Source: Eledone cirrhosa | Taxonomy: Eukaryota | Assembly (NCBI GenBank): GCA_964016885.1 | Contig: OZ024741.1 | Coordinates: forward strand, 41,974,001-42,038,000 | Direction of reading: 5' to 3' | Length of the DNA stretch: 64,000 nucleotides | Shown here: piece after piece, positions 13,397 through 27,432 of the stretch | Layout: every line of letters starts with the position of its first letter | How positions within the stretch are numbered: position 1 is the stretch's first letter | Program-made: the position numbers and the translations under genes | Notes under the pieces: model-generated | Seen by the model: only the letters and a program-made list of their open reading frames with translations | Databases searched by the model: none | What the model was told of the DNA's origin: nothing

Positions 13397-14316
13397 CCGG
13401 CAAAGTTTTGATGTTCGTTACAAACATGAGGCCATATCTTGGTAGAGAGATACCAAAGCAGTTCACCCAGAATCTATTAATACTTGGGGGCGGAAGACTT
13501 CCTGTAGATAGCAAGGGTGCTATTGTTATAAGCCCCATAGGCACGTTGGTGGAGTCATTATTCCATCTCATAGAAAAAGTGTTCCCTAATATTGAATATC
13601 AGCTCGCAAGTCACAAGTGACTCAGTGAAAGGGCGATATTGGCCCCGTAAAATGTAACTGTGAAATTGGTAAATCGGAGCTGTTAAAAGGAATTCCAAAT
13701 GTTTCGAAGCTCTATCGATCTCTCAACACTGGTAGAACAGTTGGAAGCTATCAGTTACCCGACAGAGTTCCTCAACTCTTTAGAACCATCACGAATGCCT
13801 CCACACGTCTTTCACCTGTTATTGAGAAATTTGGACCTACCAATGTTATGCAACGGCACTCGATTGGTTGTGAAAAATATGTATCCACACGTGATTCAAG
13901 CCACCATTTCAATAAGATGTGGTAGGGGAGAGGATATGTTCTTTCTAAGATTTCCCCACTGATATCCCATTTCAATTCAAATGACTTCAATTTCAAGTGG
14001 ATCTTAGTTTTACCTTGACCATCAAGAAATCACAAGGACAAACATTTTTGGCTGCTGGTTTACATGTTGAAAAGGCCTACTTCACCTATGGTCAGTTTTA
14101 CATTGGATGTTAAAGAGTAGGAAATCAGAAAAATCTTTACATCTATGTACCAGATAGGAAAGCAACAAACATTAGAAATTGACCCAATTAAAAAGAAATC
14201 CATCCTCATCAAGGGGACTATCTTTTGGGAGAGGACTGACATGGAATAAAAGAAACATTTAAAATAAAGACATACTATTGTGATTATTGCCGGGAAACGA
14301 AGGGCTACTCAGCTAG
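13397..14316 (+). mobile_element. Helitron relic (PIF1-like helicase C-terminus plus 3' terminus)
   Basis: YPTEFLNSLEPS.MPPH, LLRNLD.P.LCNGTRL and KSQGQT motifs with stops and frameshifts; Helitron-type end ccgggaaacgaagggctactcagCTAG at 14290-14316. Confidence 0.85.
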
Positions 14317-14676
14317 AGCATTCATAGATATGACTTCTATAGGTCAAGAACGGTTTCATCCGTATAAAATGATCCTTAATAAACTGAAACCGTAGTGATT
14401 TCCAGAGGTTGATTGAAAACATGGGACTGTCCGTCTTTTGTTTTTACCCCATTGTCTGTGTCCTGTGCGCATCCACTGTTGCATATATATATATATATAT
14501 ATATATAAAGAATTAGTATATCTAGTAACATATATATACACAGATGCATACTTATCCTAGCAAATATATAGGTTTTGTCTTAGTAACTTTGTGGTTCAAT
14601 GCATGGGGATGCAGAACAATAATATGAGAGACGTAAAATAAGAAAATTATAAAATTAACTTACTTACTAAAATTTC

Positions 14677-14758
14677 ACTCCAACTAATTAGTTTCTGAAA
14701 GGGAATAAACATAGTTTCCGAAGAAACGTACGGAGAAGCCTTTCGTCATCAGGGAAGT
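14677..14758 (-). ncRNA. Type I hammerhead ribozyme (mirror of 15709-15790)
   Basis: Reverse complement identical to the plus-strand motif. Confidence 0.8.
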
Positions 14759-15708
14759 CTATTCTCAGCTAAGTTTACAGGCAATACGTGGACACAGGGA
14801 ACTTATACAAAAATAATTCAGTGGATGGAAAAAAGCAAAGCGTGGACTAAATTCTAAGCCATTGAAAAAAATCACTGCCTACTGCGTCGGTGGCAAATTC
14901 AAAAGAATCAGTCACGTGACATCGAGGTCAATCAGTGAAGAGTGGTTTGTTAAGAAGACAGCAGCCGGACCGTTACTATAGTAGCAGTTTTGGCCAATTT
15001 TTGCTCGACAAAATAATTTGGAGATAATTATAAAGAATTAGTATATCTAGTAACATATATATACACAGATGCATACTTATGCTAGCAAATATATAGATTT
15101 TGTCTTAGTAACTTTGTGGTTCAATGCATGGGGATGCAGAACAATAATATGAGAGACGTAAAATAAGAAAATTATAAAATTAACTTACTTACTAAAATTT
15201 CACTCCAACTAATTAGTTTCTGAAAGGGAATAAACATAGTTTCCGAAGAAACTAATTAGTTGGAGTGAAATTTTAGTAAGTAAGTTAATTTTATAATTTT
15301 CTTATTTTACGTCTCTCATATTATTGTTCTGCATCCCCATGCATTGAACCACAAAGTTACTAAGACAAAACCTATATATTTGCTAGCATAAGTGTGCATC
15401 TGTGTATATATATGTTACTAGATATACTAATTCTTTATAATTATCTCCAAATTATTTTGTCGAGCAAAAATTGGCCAAAACTGCTACTATAGTAACGGTC
15501 CGGCTGCTGTCTTCTTAACAAACCACTCTCCACTGATTGACCTCGATGTCACGTGACTGATTCTTTTGAATTTGCCACCGACGCAGTAGGCTGTGATTTT
15601 TTCAATGGCTTAGAATTTAGTCCACGCTTTGCTTTTTTCCATCCACTGAATTATTTTTGTATAAGTTCCCTGTGTCCACGTATTGCCTGTAAACTTAGCT
15701 GAGAATAG

Positions 15709-15790
15709 ACTTCCCTGATGACGAAAGGCTTCTCCGTACGTTTCTTCGGAAACTATGTTTATTCCCTTTCAGAAACTAATTAGTTGGAGT
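15709..15790 (+). ncRNA. Type I hammerhead ribozyme
   Basis: acTTCC-CTGATGA-C-GAAAGG...CCTTTC-A-GAAA-CTAATTAG-T-T-GGAGt; palindromic stem III ACTAATTAGT. Confidence 0.8.
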
Positions 15791-15835
15791 GAAATTTTAG
15801 TAAGTAAGTTAATTTTATAATTTTCTTATTTTACG

Positions 15836-15882
<47 letters not shown>

Positions 15883-16396
15883 GAAAGAAGGTTTACATGG
15901 TTTGCTATACAAAAAAGTTTTTATTCACATAGCTTACATTTGTTTCACTGAACTGGTCTGTCTAGAGATCGCTATGCGCCTAATTTTGCGTCATTCGATC
16001 GCCAATACAGAATTATAACCAGTCAGATCTTCGGAGCATGCGAGAATGAAGAAAATACACAGGCAAGAAAAGAAAAGAAAATATGGAGTAGTTATGGCAT
16101 TCAATTAGAACAATAACAACAACAATTATTACAACAATGCTATCAATAAACTATTTAAGGTGACCCTGACATTACTTAGGTGGGGGGTATATAATGTATC
16201 TAATGTTACGGCGTGAAAATCAGCTGTCATAAGGCAAAAAGTATCGTAGTGTGTATCAATTTTAAATTATAAAGATAAGCTAGTTTTTACAGTCTTTCTC
16301 TTCATCTTCAACAGTATACATGAGTGGGACCACTGTCAAAGCTCAATAGTTGTAGAGTTAATACAGAGGTTAACGAATTAATATACGCATATATCT

Positions 16397-16513
<117 letters not shown>

Positions 16514-17111
16514 AATATATATACACATATATGTGTACATAGACACATACATACACATCAATATACACTCGTACAAAAATATACATACATGCAAAGAGAA
16601 AAGCGTGCTAATTGTAGTTATGGCAAAAAGAAGGTAAAGTAACATTGTAGTAGTGAAATGAGAGAAACTAGGATCTATGATCAAATGATTGCAGCAGCTG
16701 AGAAGGAGTAAGATTGTTGGTAGATGAGGTATTTACAGACAATTGTGTGGTATAGACTTGTGAAGGAAATAGTATACTTAATGAATATATTTCTGTGGGT
16801 AGTAGGTATCCTAATTTAAAGCTATGTTATGTTGGTTCGATTCACGGAGGTTTGAATCTTATGAATTTAGTGGCTATTCTATGTCTGCAGAAGATAGATC
16901 TTTCTAACTTATTATTAAGTAGACTTTTAACATTTCTAAGGATATACAATAGCTCAAGATCACACAGCCCGCAATAGGACATCCCTGTACTATAGGTTTT
17001 AGCAGCCGACAACTTCGACCAGTTGATAGTGTAGCTAGCGTTGCTGTCCTTCAATTCCCATATTTTTCTGGCGAGGGTGGTGGAACCCAAAAGTGCTCGA
17101 TTTTTCATTGA

Positions 17112-19146
17112 AAAGCAGACAAAACATCAAACGTATACTCTAAGGACATTAACACATACAATAACTTTATTCAGCGTGAACTACATAAAAAATATAAAAA
17201 AACTAATGAATCTACACTCACCAGCATAAACATGGAGGGCCTCAAGATAGTTAATAAACTCGGAATTTCAGATAGGACCGAACCGCTTACCCCGTGCAAC
17301 CCTACATTTAACCTGAAAGATCACAAAAATAACTTTGAAACTAATCCCACCATTAGATTAATATGCCCATCCAAGTCAGACATAGGTAAAATTAGCAAAA
17401 ACATTCTAGATAGGGTAATCGCACAAATAAAGGGTAAACTAGAAATCAATTTATGGGGCAACACTAACGAGGCAATTAAATGGTTCAATAAAATACAAAA
17501 TAGGGAGACGTGTAACTTCATACAATTTGATATAGACGACTATTATGCATCCATATCCCCAGATACCCTAGATAAGGCGCTTATATTTGCCCAAAATAAC
17601 TCTAATCTTACCCATGATGAAATTGAAATAATAATAGCGGCTAGAAGGACTATCGTAAAATTTGAAAATAACTACTGGGTAAGAAAGGATAGAATAAATA
17701 GCTTCGATATTACAATGGGATCAAATGATTCTGCGCAAATTACAGATATCGTGGGGGTTATTCATAGCACACAACCTACATAAGGAATTCAGTAACCTCC
17801 AAGGAGGAATTTATAGGGACGACACGTTACTTATAGCTAGGAACCTAAACAACCAGAGCATGGAAAGACTAAGGAAAAATATTAGAATATTCTTCAAAAA
17901 ACTAGGCCTAAGTATTACCTACGAACTAAACCATAAGAAGGTAAACTTTCTAGATGTAACTCTAAATCTAAATACTGGATTAATAGAACCTTTCCACAAA
18001 AATAATGAAAATCTTGCCTACATTAGTTACAACTCAAATCACCCCAAATCCATAATTAAATCCATAGCACGTAGTATATCCCTCCGAATATCCCGCCTAT
18101 CCTCAAACCTAGAAATCTTTAACGAGCATGCTGACTATTATAATGCAGCATTAAGTAGGGCCGGTCATAAAGATAAACTACAGTATATAGTGAATAAGGA
18201 CAACATAAACAATCCTAGTAATTTCTACTCCAACTGCTCACATAATAATAGGAATAGCTTGACTAGACATAGGGTTAGACATGTAACACCTAGAGTAAAC
18301 GGCCAAAACACTAATAACGTAAACCCTAGAAACAATAGAAGAAACAAACAAAGAAAATACCTATGGTTCAACCCAATATTCAACTCCTCTATAAAAACTA
18401 GACTGCCCTCTACATTCTTTAAACTAATAGATAAACACTTCCCTATCTCGCATAGATATCACAAAATACTCAATAGATCTACTATTAAACTCTCTTTCTC
18501 AACAGCAGCTAACATAGAATCACACATACGCAAGATCAACCACAGAAATATCTCAAGTAAATCAATTGCACCTATACATAAGCACAAACTCATCACAACA
18601 TCACAACCACAAGCGCATACAAACGCGCAGCAGCAAAACCCCATGGGGCATATATCACAACCCACTTATAACAGGGTACTAAATAGGAATGTAAAGGCTG
18701 CACAAAATAGCGCCTCAAACTGCAACTGTCACCTCCCAGATAGGTGCCCATTGGCGAATAGATGTCTCGATTCGAGCCTGGTGTACATGTGCACTGTCAT
18801 CTCGGGTAACTCCACCTGGAATTACATAGGATCCACCGCGGGTTCTTTTAAGAAAATATGGTATGTGCACAGGCACTCAATGAAAAATCGAGCACTTATG
18901 GGTTCCACCACCCTCGCCAGAAAAATATGGGAATTGAAGGACAGCAACGCTAGCTACACTATCAACTGGTCGAAGTTGTCGGCTGCTAAAACCTATAGTA
19001 CAGGGATGTCCTATTGCGGGCTGTGTGATCTTGAGCTATTGTATATCCTTAGAAATGTTAAAAGGCTACTTAATAATAAGTTAGAAAGATCTATCTTCTG
19101 CAGACATAGAATAGCCACTAAATTCATAAGATTCAAACCTCCGTGA
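17112..19146 (+). pseudogene. PLE reverse transcriptase + Cys-rich linker + GIY-YIG endonuclease (one frameshift at ~17753)
   Basis: KADKT, FDIDDYYASI, ITMGS..SA, YRDD, NFLDVTL, CNC....CPL...C, LVY...YIGST. Confidence 0.93.
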
Positions 19147-19474
19147 ATCGAACCAACATAACATAGCTTTAAATTAGGATACCTACTACCCACAGAAATA
19201 TATTCATTAAGTATACTATTTCCTTCACAAGTCTATACCACACAATTGTCTGTAAATACCTCATCTACCAACAATCTTACTCCTTCTCAGCTGCTGCAAT
19301 CATTTGATCCTAGATCCTAGTTTCTCTCATTTCACTACTACAATGTTACTTTACCTTCTTTTTGCCATAACTACAATTAGCACGCTTTTCTCTTTGCATG
19401 TATGTATATTTTTGTACGAGTGTATATTGATGTGTATGTATGTGTCTATGTACACATATATGTGTATATATATT

Positions 19475-19510
<36 letters not shown>

Positions 19511-19869
19511 CGTAGATATATGCGTATATTAATTCGTTAACCTCTGTATTAACTCTACAACTATTGAGCTTTGACAGTGGTCCCACTCATGTATACTGTT
19601 GAAGATGAAGAGAAAGACTGTAAAAACTAGCTTATCTTTATAATTTAAAATTGATACACACTACGATACTTTTTGCCTTATGACAGCTGATTTTCACGCC
19701 GTAACATTAGATACATTATATACCCCCCACCTAAGTAATGTCAGGGTCTCCTTAAATAGTTTATTGATAGCATTGTTGTAATAATTGTTGTTGTTATTGT
19801 TCTAATTGAATGCCATAACTACTCCATATTTTCTTTTCTTTTCTTGCCTGTGTATTTTCTTCATTCTCG

Positions 19870-19982
19870 CATGCTCCGAAGATCTGACTGGTTATAATTC
19901 TGTATTGGCGATCGAATGACGCAAAATTAGGCGGATAGCGATCTCTAGACAGACCAGTTCAGTGAAACAAATGTAAGCTATG
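19870..19982 (+). ncRNA. Type I hammerhead, U4C variant with ~80-nt stem II (mirror 15928-16040 minus)
   Basis: catGCT-CCGAAGA-T-CTGA-CTGGT...ACCAG-t-TCAG-T-GAAA-CA(aa)TG-T-A-AGCtatg, followed by AATAAA. Confidence 0.72.
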
Positions 19983-20203
19983 TGAATAAAAACTTTTTTG
20001 TATAGCAAACCATGTAAACCTTCTTTCCTGATTTATTATTACTCCAAGTGTTTACAACATAGGAATTACAGCATACCCGCAGCATCACTATGAAAACGCC
20101 TTGTTGAGTCAAACCAAGCCAAGCGTTAATATCATCCACTACCTGGAATACCATAACTGGACTTCACCTAAGTGGACTGCATTTAACTATTATTTGTTAA
20201 TCC

Positions 20204-20265
<62 letters not shown>

Positions 20266-20356
20266 CGAATGAAATGTGGTAAGGAACCAGATGGACCATA
20301 ACGCACCCAAGTACTCAATACTTATGGTAGTAGAGTGGGTAATAGGAACAAGTATG

Positions 20357-20452
20357 ACCCCGACGGCAGAGCTCAAGCCGTTTCGACGGCTAATTCTGGA
20401 GTAAATAAGAATTTTTAGCCTGGTTAATAAATAGCCGAACTTCTCAGGGGGT
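20357..20452 (-). ncRNA. Hammerhead-like motif with atypical core CUGAGAA (mirror 23643-23738 plus, core CUAAGAA)
   Basis: ACCCC-CTGAGAA-G..CGGCTA...TAGCCG.C-GAAA-CGGC(ttgagctct)GCCG-T-C-GGGGT; all three stems pair. Confidence 0.65.
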
Positions 20453-21277
20453 AATTCCTTATATGGGAAGATAGTAATTGTCAAAAGGATTGGTCAAAAA
20501 TTTGTTGTAAAGACAGATGATTCTATCATGGCATTTGGTGGGAGGTAGGGGTAGCTGAACTTGCCGGTAGAACAAAGAGGGGGTGGGGGAAACCCAGTCA
20601 AGCGTTGAAAGTGAAATCTATGCAGCAGATTCTAAGGATAATGTATAGAAGCTCGAAAAAAGTGTACTGGAGAAGGGGAGGGGTGTGTGAAAGAGTAGGT
20701 AAACCGAAAGGGAGTAAACAAAAAAAAACATTATAAAAATAAGGAAATAAATATATAAAAAACAATTTCTGGTTACTACTCCATTTCTACAATCACCAAA
20801 TCTCTCATTGGTATTGCTAAGCTATAGAAAAGTTTAATAGGTGGAGAAAAATACTAAATACGAGATTGTAGTGAAATAATTTGATAAAGCCGGCTTTATA
20901 GTTAGTTAGTAATCACCCAATGCTATCTTACAATGACAGGTTAATAAGTTGAGAACAAAGATACTAAAATACTACTACAAAAATACTAATACGAAATATT
21001 AATTCAGAATACTAATACAGAAATACTAATACAAGAATACTAATACAAAAATACCACTAAGAAATTTAGAAATCACAGAAAAGGAGCAGCAACCAAAAAG
21101 AAAACAATTTACTGGGGTTTAACACGTCTGCTATAAAAAGCGTAATCGGCCAATTCTATCTTAAAATTAGGGGATCGGGCTATTGAGGCTATAGAGGACC
21201 GATGGGCTGCATCGGGGTTGGCGAAAAGGTGAAAAAAAGACAAGGAAGGAGATCTGGGTGGAAGGACTAGGAAGAGA

Positions 21278-22670
21278 TGGTTCAGCAATATGGAGGACAA
21301 ACGAGACACAAAATTCATCCAGTTTGACATAGAGAGTTACTATGCATCAATTACCTTACCGCTCCTTATGGCCGCCTTGGACTTTGCCGAAACACTCACG
21401 CCCATCACCGACCAGGAAAGAAATATCATCCTCCACGCTAGGAAGACAGTCCTACTTTTCGACAACTCCAAATGGATAAAGAGAGCTCCTGACTCCCCCT
21501 TCGACGTCAATATGGGCGCGACGGATTCGGCTGAGGTCACAGATCTTATAGGATAATTCCTACTATTTAAACACACCGAAATGTCTCCTGCATTCGGCGG
21601 TGGATTGTACCGTGATGATGGGCTCTTTACCCTCAAAGGGTACAACCCCAGTAGTACAAACCGGGTCCGTAAACAATTAATCAGCTTCTTCCGCGACTGG
21701 GGATTTAAAATAACCCTACAAACGTCTCTAACCCGAGTAAACTTCCTGGACGTTACCCTTAACCTCGATAATGATCTGTACAGGAAACCAAACGACAACC
21801 TGCATTACATCCACCGCCGGTCGAACCATCCTAGAAACATCACCAATAACCTGGTTAAAAACATCTCCCTCCGCATATCTCGTTTGTCCGCTAATGAGCA
21901 GATATTCGACGAACATGCGCCTTATTACAACCAGGCCTTCAAGCGGAGTGGCTTCCGAGAGGAAATATCCTATTATCCAGCTTCCATTAGCGGAACCAGC
22001 AGGCGACACCGCCGCTCACGCAACGTAACGTGGTTCAATCCTCCCCACAATGCCGAGGTGACAACACCTGTCGGAAAAATCTTCTTTAGGCTCATCGAAA
22101 AACACTTCCCACTACAACACCGCTACCACAACATAATCAACAAAAACACCATCAAACTCTCCTACAGCACCACACCTAACTTCACACAAAACATCGTCTC
22201 CTCTAACAACAAAAAACTCAACCCCTATGGAAGAAATAACCTAGACAGCAGGTGTAACTGTCCTGATAGATCACTTTGCCCCCTCAACAACAGATGCCGA
22301 TATCGTAATGTGATCTACCAGTTCAACGGACACCTCCAACAAAGCTTATATAGGATTAACCGCTTGTGACTTCAAGAACTGGCTCTACCTACACCGACAT
22401 ACTTTCGGAAACCCGGCCCGGCGTCATGCCACTACACTTTCGGGCCACATCTGGGACCTGAAAGATAATAATATAACCTACAATATCACTTGGAGCTTAC
22501 TGTTCAGAGCTAACTCCTACACGGGAGGACGCCGTCCGTGTAACTTATGCTCGGAGGAAACATTACAAATGCTGTTTCGAAGGACCAACTCCTAAACAAG
22601 AAAGACGAACTGGTAACTGCATGCAAACACAGATTGCGTAGGACTTACCTCGCTCTCAAACCCCATAATG
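21278..22670 (+). pseudogene. PLE RT + GIY-YIG, disrupted
   Basis: FDIESYYASI, VNMGATDSAE, YRDD, NFLDVTL, WFNPP, CNC....CPL...C; stop at 21554-21556 and frameshifts after ~22320. Confidence 0.9.
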
Positions 22671-23748
22671 ACCCGGGGGGGGGGGAGACAAGGCCTGAAA
22701 CACCCCACTTGCCGATTTTGTAAGGTGTAACCCCTGCTTACAAAGGTAGACGTAACTTTTTTATCCTTTCCTCTATATTTCCTCCCCCCCCCCCATCTCT
22801 CCCTAGTCCTTCCACCCCAGATCTCCTTCCTTGTCTTTTTTTCACCTTTTCGCCTACCCCGATGCAGCCCATCGGTCCTCTGTAGCCTCAGTATCCCCAC
22901 CCCCCTAATTTTAAGGTAGAATTGGTCGATTACACTTTTTATAGCAGATGTGTTAGACCCCAGTAAATTGTTTTCTTTCTGGTTGCTGCTCCTTTTCTGT
23001 AATTTCTAAGTTTCTTAGTGGTATTTTTGTATTAGTATTTTTGTATTAGTATTTCTGTATTAGTATTCTGAATTAATATTTCGTATTAGTATTTTTGTAG
23101 TAGTATTTTAGTATCTTTGTTCTCAACTTATTAACCTGTCATTGTAAGATAGCATTGGCTGATTACTACTAACTATAACAGTGGTGTTAGACCCCTGTAA
23201 AGCCGGCTTTATAAAATTATTTCACTACAATTTCGTATTTAGTATTTTTCTCCACCTATTAAACTTTTCTATAGCTTAGCAATACCAATGAGAGATTTGG
23301 TGATTGTAGAAATGGAGTAGTAAGCAGAAATTGTTTTTTATATATTTATTTCCTTATTTTTATAATGTTTTTTTTGTTTACTCCCTTTCGATTTACCTAT
23401 TCGTTCACCCCCCTCTCCCCTTCTCCAGTACACTTTTTTCGAGCTTCTATACACTATCCTTAGAATCTGCTGTAGAGATTTCACTTTCAACGCTTGACTG
23501 GGTTTCCCCCACTCCCTCTTTGTTCTACCGGCAAGTTCAGCTACCCCTACTTCCCACCAAATGCCATGATAGAATCATCTGTCTTTACAACAAATTTTTG
23601 ACCAATCCTTTTGACAATTACTATCTTCCCATATAAGGAATTACCCCCTAAGAAGTTCGGCTAATTATTTACCAGGCTAAAAATTCTTATTTACTCCAGA
23701 ATTAGCCGTCGAAACGGCTTGAGCTCTGCCGTCGGGGTCATACTTGTT

Positions 23749-23799
<51 letters not shown>

Positions 23800-24282
23800 A
23801 AAGATGTTTATTAGTTGGTTGGTTGAATCACACGAAAACTACACACACACACACAAATCCATACAAATATATACACACACATCTAAAGAGAGAGAGAGAC
23901 GTCCCACAAAAGTATCAGTTGAAGGTTTAACAATATTACGTTAGCTTTTATAAAGTCGTTTTACAGTCTTTGATTTTACTGAACAAAGAAAAATTGATAT
24001 ATTTGAAATCAATCTACCTTCCAGCTTTTATCCATATACTACTTACAGACCATACTAACGAAGCAACATTTCAGAAGCAATGCTATGCGTTATATTGCTG
24101 TGTTTCAGATGACATCCTCTGGAACTGAAAAAGATCATACTGACTATGGTTATTTCACAACATTTAAAATCCTATACCAATGCTACCATTTAATCGGCAG
24201 TTTACTCCCCCAGCCTAATAAGGAAGTGTTATTATTGTTTTGTTTTTTTTGTCTCTCTCAGACACACTCATTATGGTCTCAT

Positions 24283-26790
24283 TTGGTTCAGTGTACTGTT
24301 TACTTGGGGTAGCTTGGTGCATGACGACGGTTTTCTTGAGACTGACAGTCAAACCCAGGGCAGTGCAAGCGTCAGAAAATGCATTCAAAATGTGCTGCAT
24401 ATCACTCTCTGTGTGCGCTACAAGATCGCAATCATCTGCATACAAGAGGTCTCTTATGATTGATGTAAACACTTTTGTCTTCGCAGCAAAGCGCCTGATG
24501 TTAAATATGCTGCCTGAGGTTCGATATCGGATGTAAACACCATGCTCGCAATTTCTGAATGCAATACAGAAAACCATTGCAAAGTATATGGCAAACAGGG
24601 TCGGTGCTGGAATATCCCCCCGTTTCACTCCATTTTTTACTGAGATAGGCTCCGACATGTTACGTCCGACATTAACTCAAGCCTTCATGTCGTCATGGAA
24701 AGACCTAACTAAAGCAAGGAACCTATCAGGGCAACCAAGTTTCTGGAGAACCTTCCATAATGCCTCTCTGTTGACAGTATCGAAAGCCTTTGTCAGATCG
24801 ACAAAAACCTGATACAGATCCAAGCCTTGCTCAATGCACTTCTCCTGGAGCTGTCTAGCTGAGAAGATCATATCAGTAGTGCCGCGTCCAGCACGAAAAC
24901 CAGATTGACTTTCAGGAAGAACACAATCTGCAATGTGTGTCAGCAGACGGTCCAGAAGCACCCTACATAAAACTTTCCCTACGACAGAAAGCAATGATAT
25001 ACCTCTGTAGTTCCCACAATCATTCCTGTTACCCTTTCCCTTGTACAAGACCACCATTACTGCATCTCTCCAGTCCTCAGGTACGGATTCATTAGCCCAT
25101 ATCCTTCCAAACAAAGAGTGCACATGTTGCAGGAGTCTCTCACCACCATATTGTAGGAGCTCAGCATGTATGCCATCCATACCTGGAGATTTTCCACTGT
25201 TCAGCTTCGAAATAGCCACTGCAACCTCCACAAGCGTCGGAGGTTCTGCGAGAGCTACTTTCACAGGACTTTCTGGAATGAGATTGAGGAAATCTTCACT
25301 GACGACAGACGGCTGATTCAAAAGATCATCAAAGTGCTCTCGCCACCTTCGTAGAATTTCCTGTGAGTCACGAAGAAGTTCTTTGCCATCCTTGCTGCGA
25401 AGCGGTGTCACCAGAGAAGAAGACGGTCCATAAACCTCACGCAAGAGACTGTACAACAGCTTTGTGTTATTGGAATCAGACGCAGTTTGTATCTCATCAG
25501 CCTTCTCACTCCACCACTGATCCTTCATCTGAGAAAGACTCCGCCTAACACGTGATTTTACATCCCTGAGCTCCTCATGCAACGTATTCCTCTCCTGTGG
25601 TTTTGCCGTCAAGTAGCGTGACAGAACACGCCTCTTATCAGCCAACAAGTCTTCTATATGTACATCATTCTCATTAAACCAGTCCTGATGTTTTCTCTGC
25701 ACCAATCCCAGAACACGCTTGCCTACATCATAAACCGACTTTTTAAGGGTCGGCCAATCCTCACCAAGATCTGCAGCCTGCATCTCTTCTTCCAATGTCC
25801 TCTTCACATTTTTATCCTTAAGACGAGCAGCATTCAATCTTTTGGGAAGGGTAACACCAGGAGCCCGAATTTTACGTTTGGTGATTAGTTTCACTTTTGC
25901 GCGTACCAGGCAGTGGTCCGTCCAGCACTCAGCTCCACGAAGAACACGAACACACCGCACATCCTGACTAGGACGTAGTCCAAAAGATGCCATTCCTTAG
26001 ATGCAGGATGCATCCATGTGGTCTTGAACTTGTTCTTTTGTTGGAACATGGTGTTGGCAACACACAGATCCAGCTCCTCACACATCTGCAGCAGGAGCAT
26101 ACCATTGCTGTTACACTTTCCCACCCCATGCCTTCCGATTACATTCCATGTGTTAAAATCCCTACCCACTCTAGCATTAAAGTTACCAAGCACGATGACT
26201 TTGTCTGCCTGAGGGATATTTCTTAGAACACCTTTCAAGGCATGGTAAAAGGACAGTTTTTCTTCATCGACAGAATTCATAGTTGGAGCATACACACTCA
26301 CCAGGGTAGCATATCTTCCCTTGTCCAGCGGAACTCTCATGGACATAAGACGCTCACTAATCCCTATTGGGAATTCTTCTAATTTATTCACAAGTACAGT
26401 CTTAACAGCAAATCCTACCCCAGCCTCTCTTCTGGTTCCTTCATCTCTTCCTTTCCAGAAGAATGTATATTCTCCACAAAATTCCGTAAGATGACCATCT
26501 CCAGCTAACCTCGTCTCAGATAAAGCCACGATGTCAAGATCGTAACGTCGAAGCTCCTTTGCAACAAGAGCGGTCCTTCGTTCAGGACGCTCCAAGGAAT
26601 CCCTGTCAAGCAGCGTCCGTACGTTCCAGCAGCCAAGACTAAATGCCTTGTTTGGCTCTATTACAATGGCACGATGACGAGCGGGCCCAGGCTGTGATAA
26701 CTTGTGGCCCCTGCCCTTATTGCCAATGATCTTTTTTGTTCCAGAACCTAAATTGCCAATTATCTCTTTTACATTGTTCTGGAACATCAT
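24283..26790 (-). mobile_element. RTE-clade LINE (APE endonuclease + RT), frameshifted, 3' part missing
   Basis: WNVRTL, ALSETR, VYAPT, GNFNARVG, TWMHP, GKSPGMDGI, YRGISLL, FVDLTKAFD, LLYADD. Confidence 0.93.
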
Positions 26791-26879
26791 TGAATTGAAA
26801 AAAAAAAAAAAAAAAAAAAAAAGTAATAATAATAGTAATAATAATAATAATAATAATAGTAGTACACTATTAATAATTA

Positions 26880-27166
26880 TTAATGCACTCGTGCAATGCC
26901 TGTGCGTGACGAATATTTTTAAAGTGAGGAAAGACTGTGCACTGAGCCAATCCCACTCTCTGAGCGACAGTAGCTATAACCCGAAAAGAAGAAAAGATCA
27001 ACATCATCGGTAACTACTGAGCCGCAGGTTTTATATCGGAGTTAACCCAGTTTCCTGAGATGCCTTCTCCTAGAAGAATGCCCTGACAAGGGCTAGGGGT
27101 TCTTCACTCCCAGTGGTTTAACTGCGCGATCGGGCATCCAGCCCGATTATTTCTATGTCCCCGCGC
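26880..27166 (-). mobile_element. RTE 5'-UTR-like repeat, copy 1
   Basis: Near-identical to 27830-28108, homologous to 54680-54880; contains ctaggagaagg...aactc typical of RTE leaders (recalled, not searched). Confidence 0.55.
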
Positions 27167-27296
27167 AAAAAAAACAAAAAAAACTCACTTATTGACACTT
27201 ATACGTACGACATACGCACACACGCATACATATGCGCGCACACAGCAACACATACATACAAACAAACACACACACACGCTACTCTACTCACTTACA

Positions 27297-27329
<33 letters not shown>

Positions 27330-27432
27330 TACCGTCATTACTGATACAAGATTACAAGATTATGTCAACTGTTGACTTTCAAGAGTTTGTATAGTTGAAG
27401 CCGATCGTATTACAGTCCAGTATTATTATAAT

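Larger units (their letters stand above)
14506..15845. mobile_element. Non-coding HHR-bearing ~525-bp unit, concatemeric and folded back (retrozyme-like)
   Basis: 14506-14727 repeats directly at 15031-15252 (period 525); 15247-15845 is the reverse complement of 14622-15221; no ORF; (TA)n on both sides. Confidence 0.8.
20263..23753 (+). mobile_element. Penelope-like retroelement 2, 5'-truncated, ~0.95-kb inverted pseudo-LTR
   Basis: 20343-21280 is the reverse complement of 22793-23753; ~80-bp tail on the left arm; (TA)n both flanks. Confidence 0.93.

Noticed and set aside
12964-13571. Poly-Val / poly-Thr mucin-like ORFs (likewise poly-Met/Ile at 48433-49011)
   Set aside because: Trinucleotide microsatellites with no splice or domain support
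13699-13962. Host PIF1 helicase gene
   Set aside because: Stops, frameshifts, no introns and a Helitron-type CTAG terminus indicate a transposon relic
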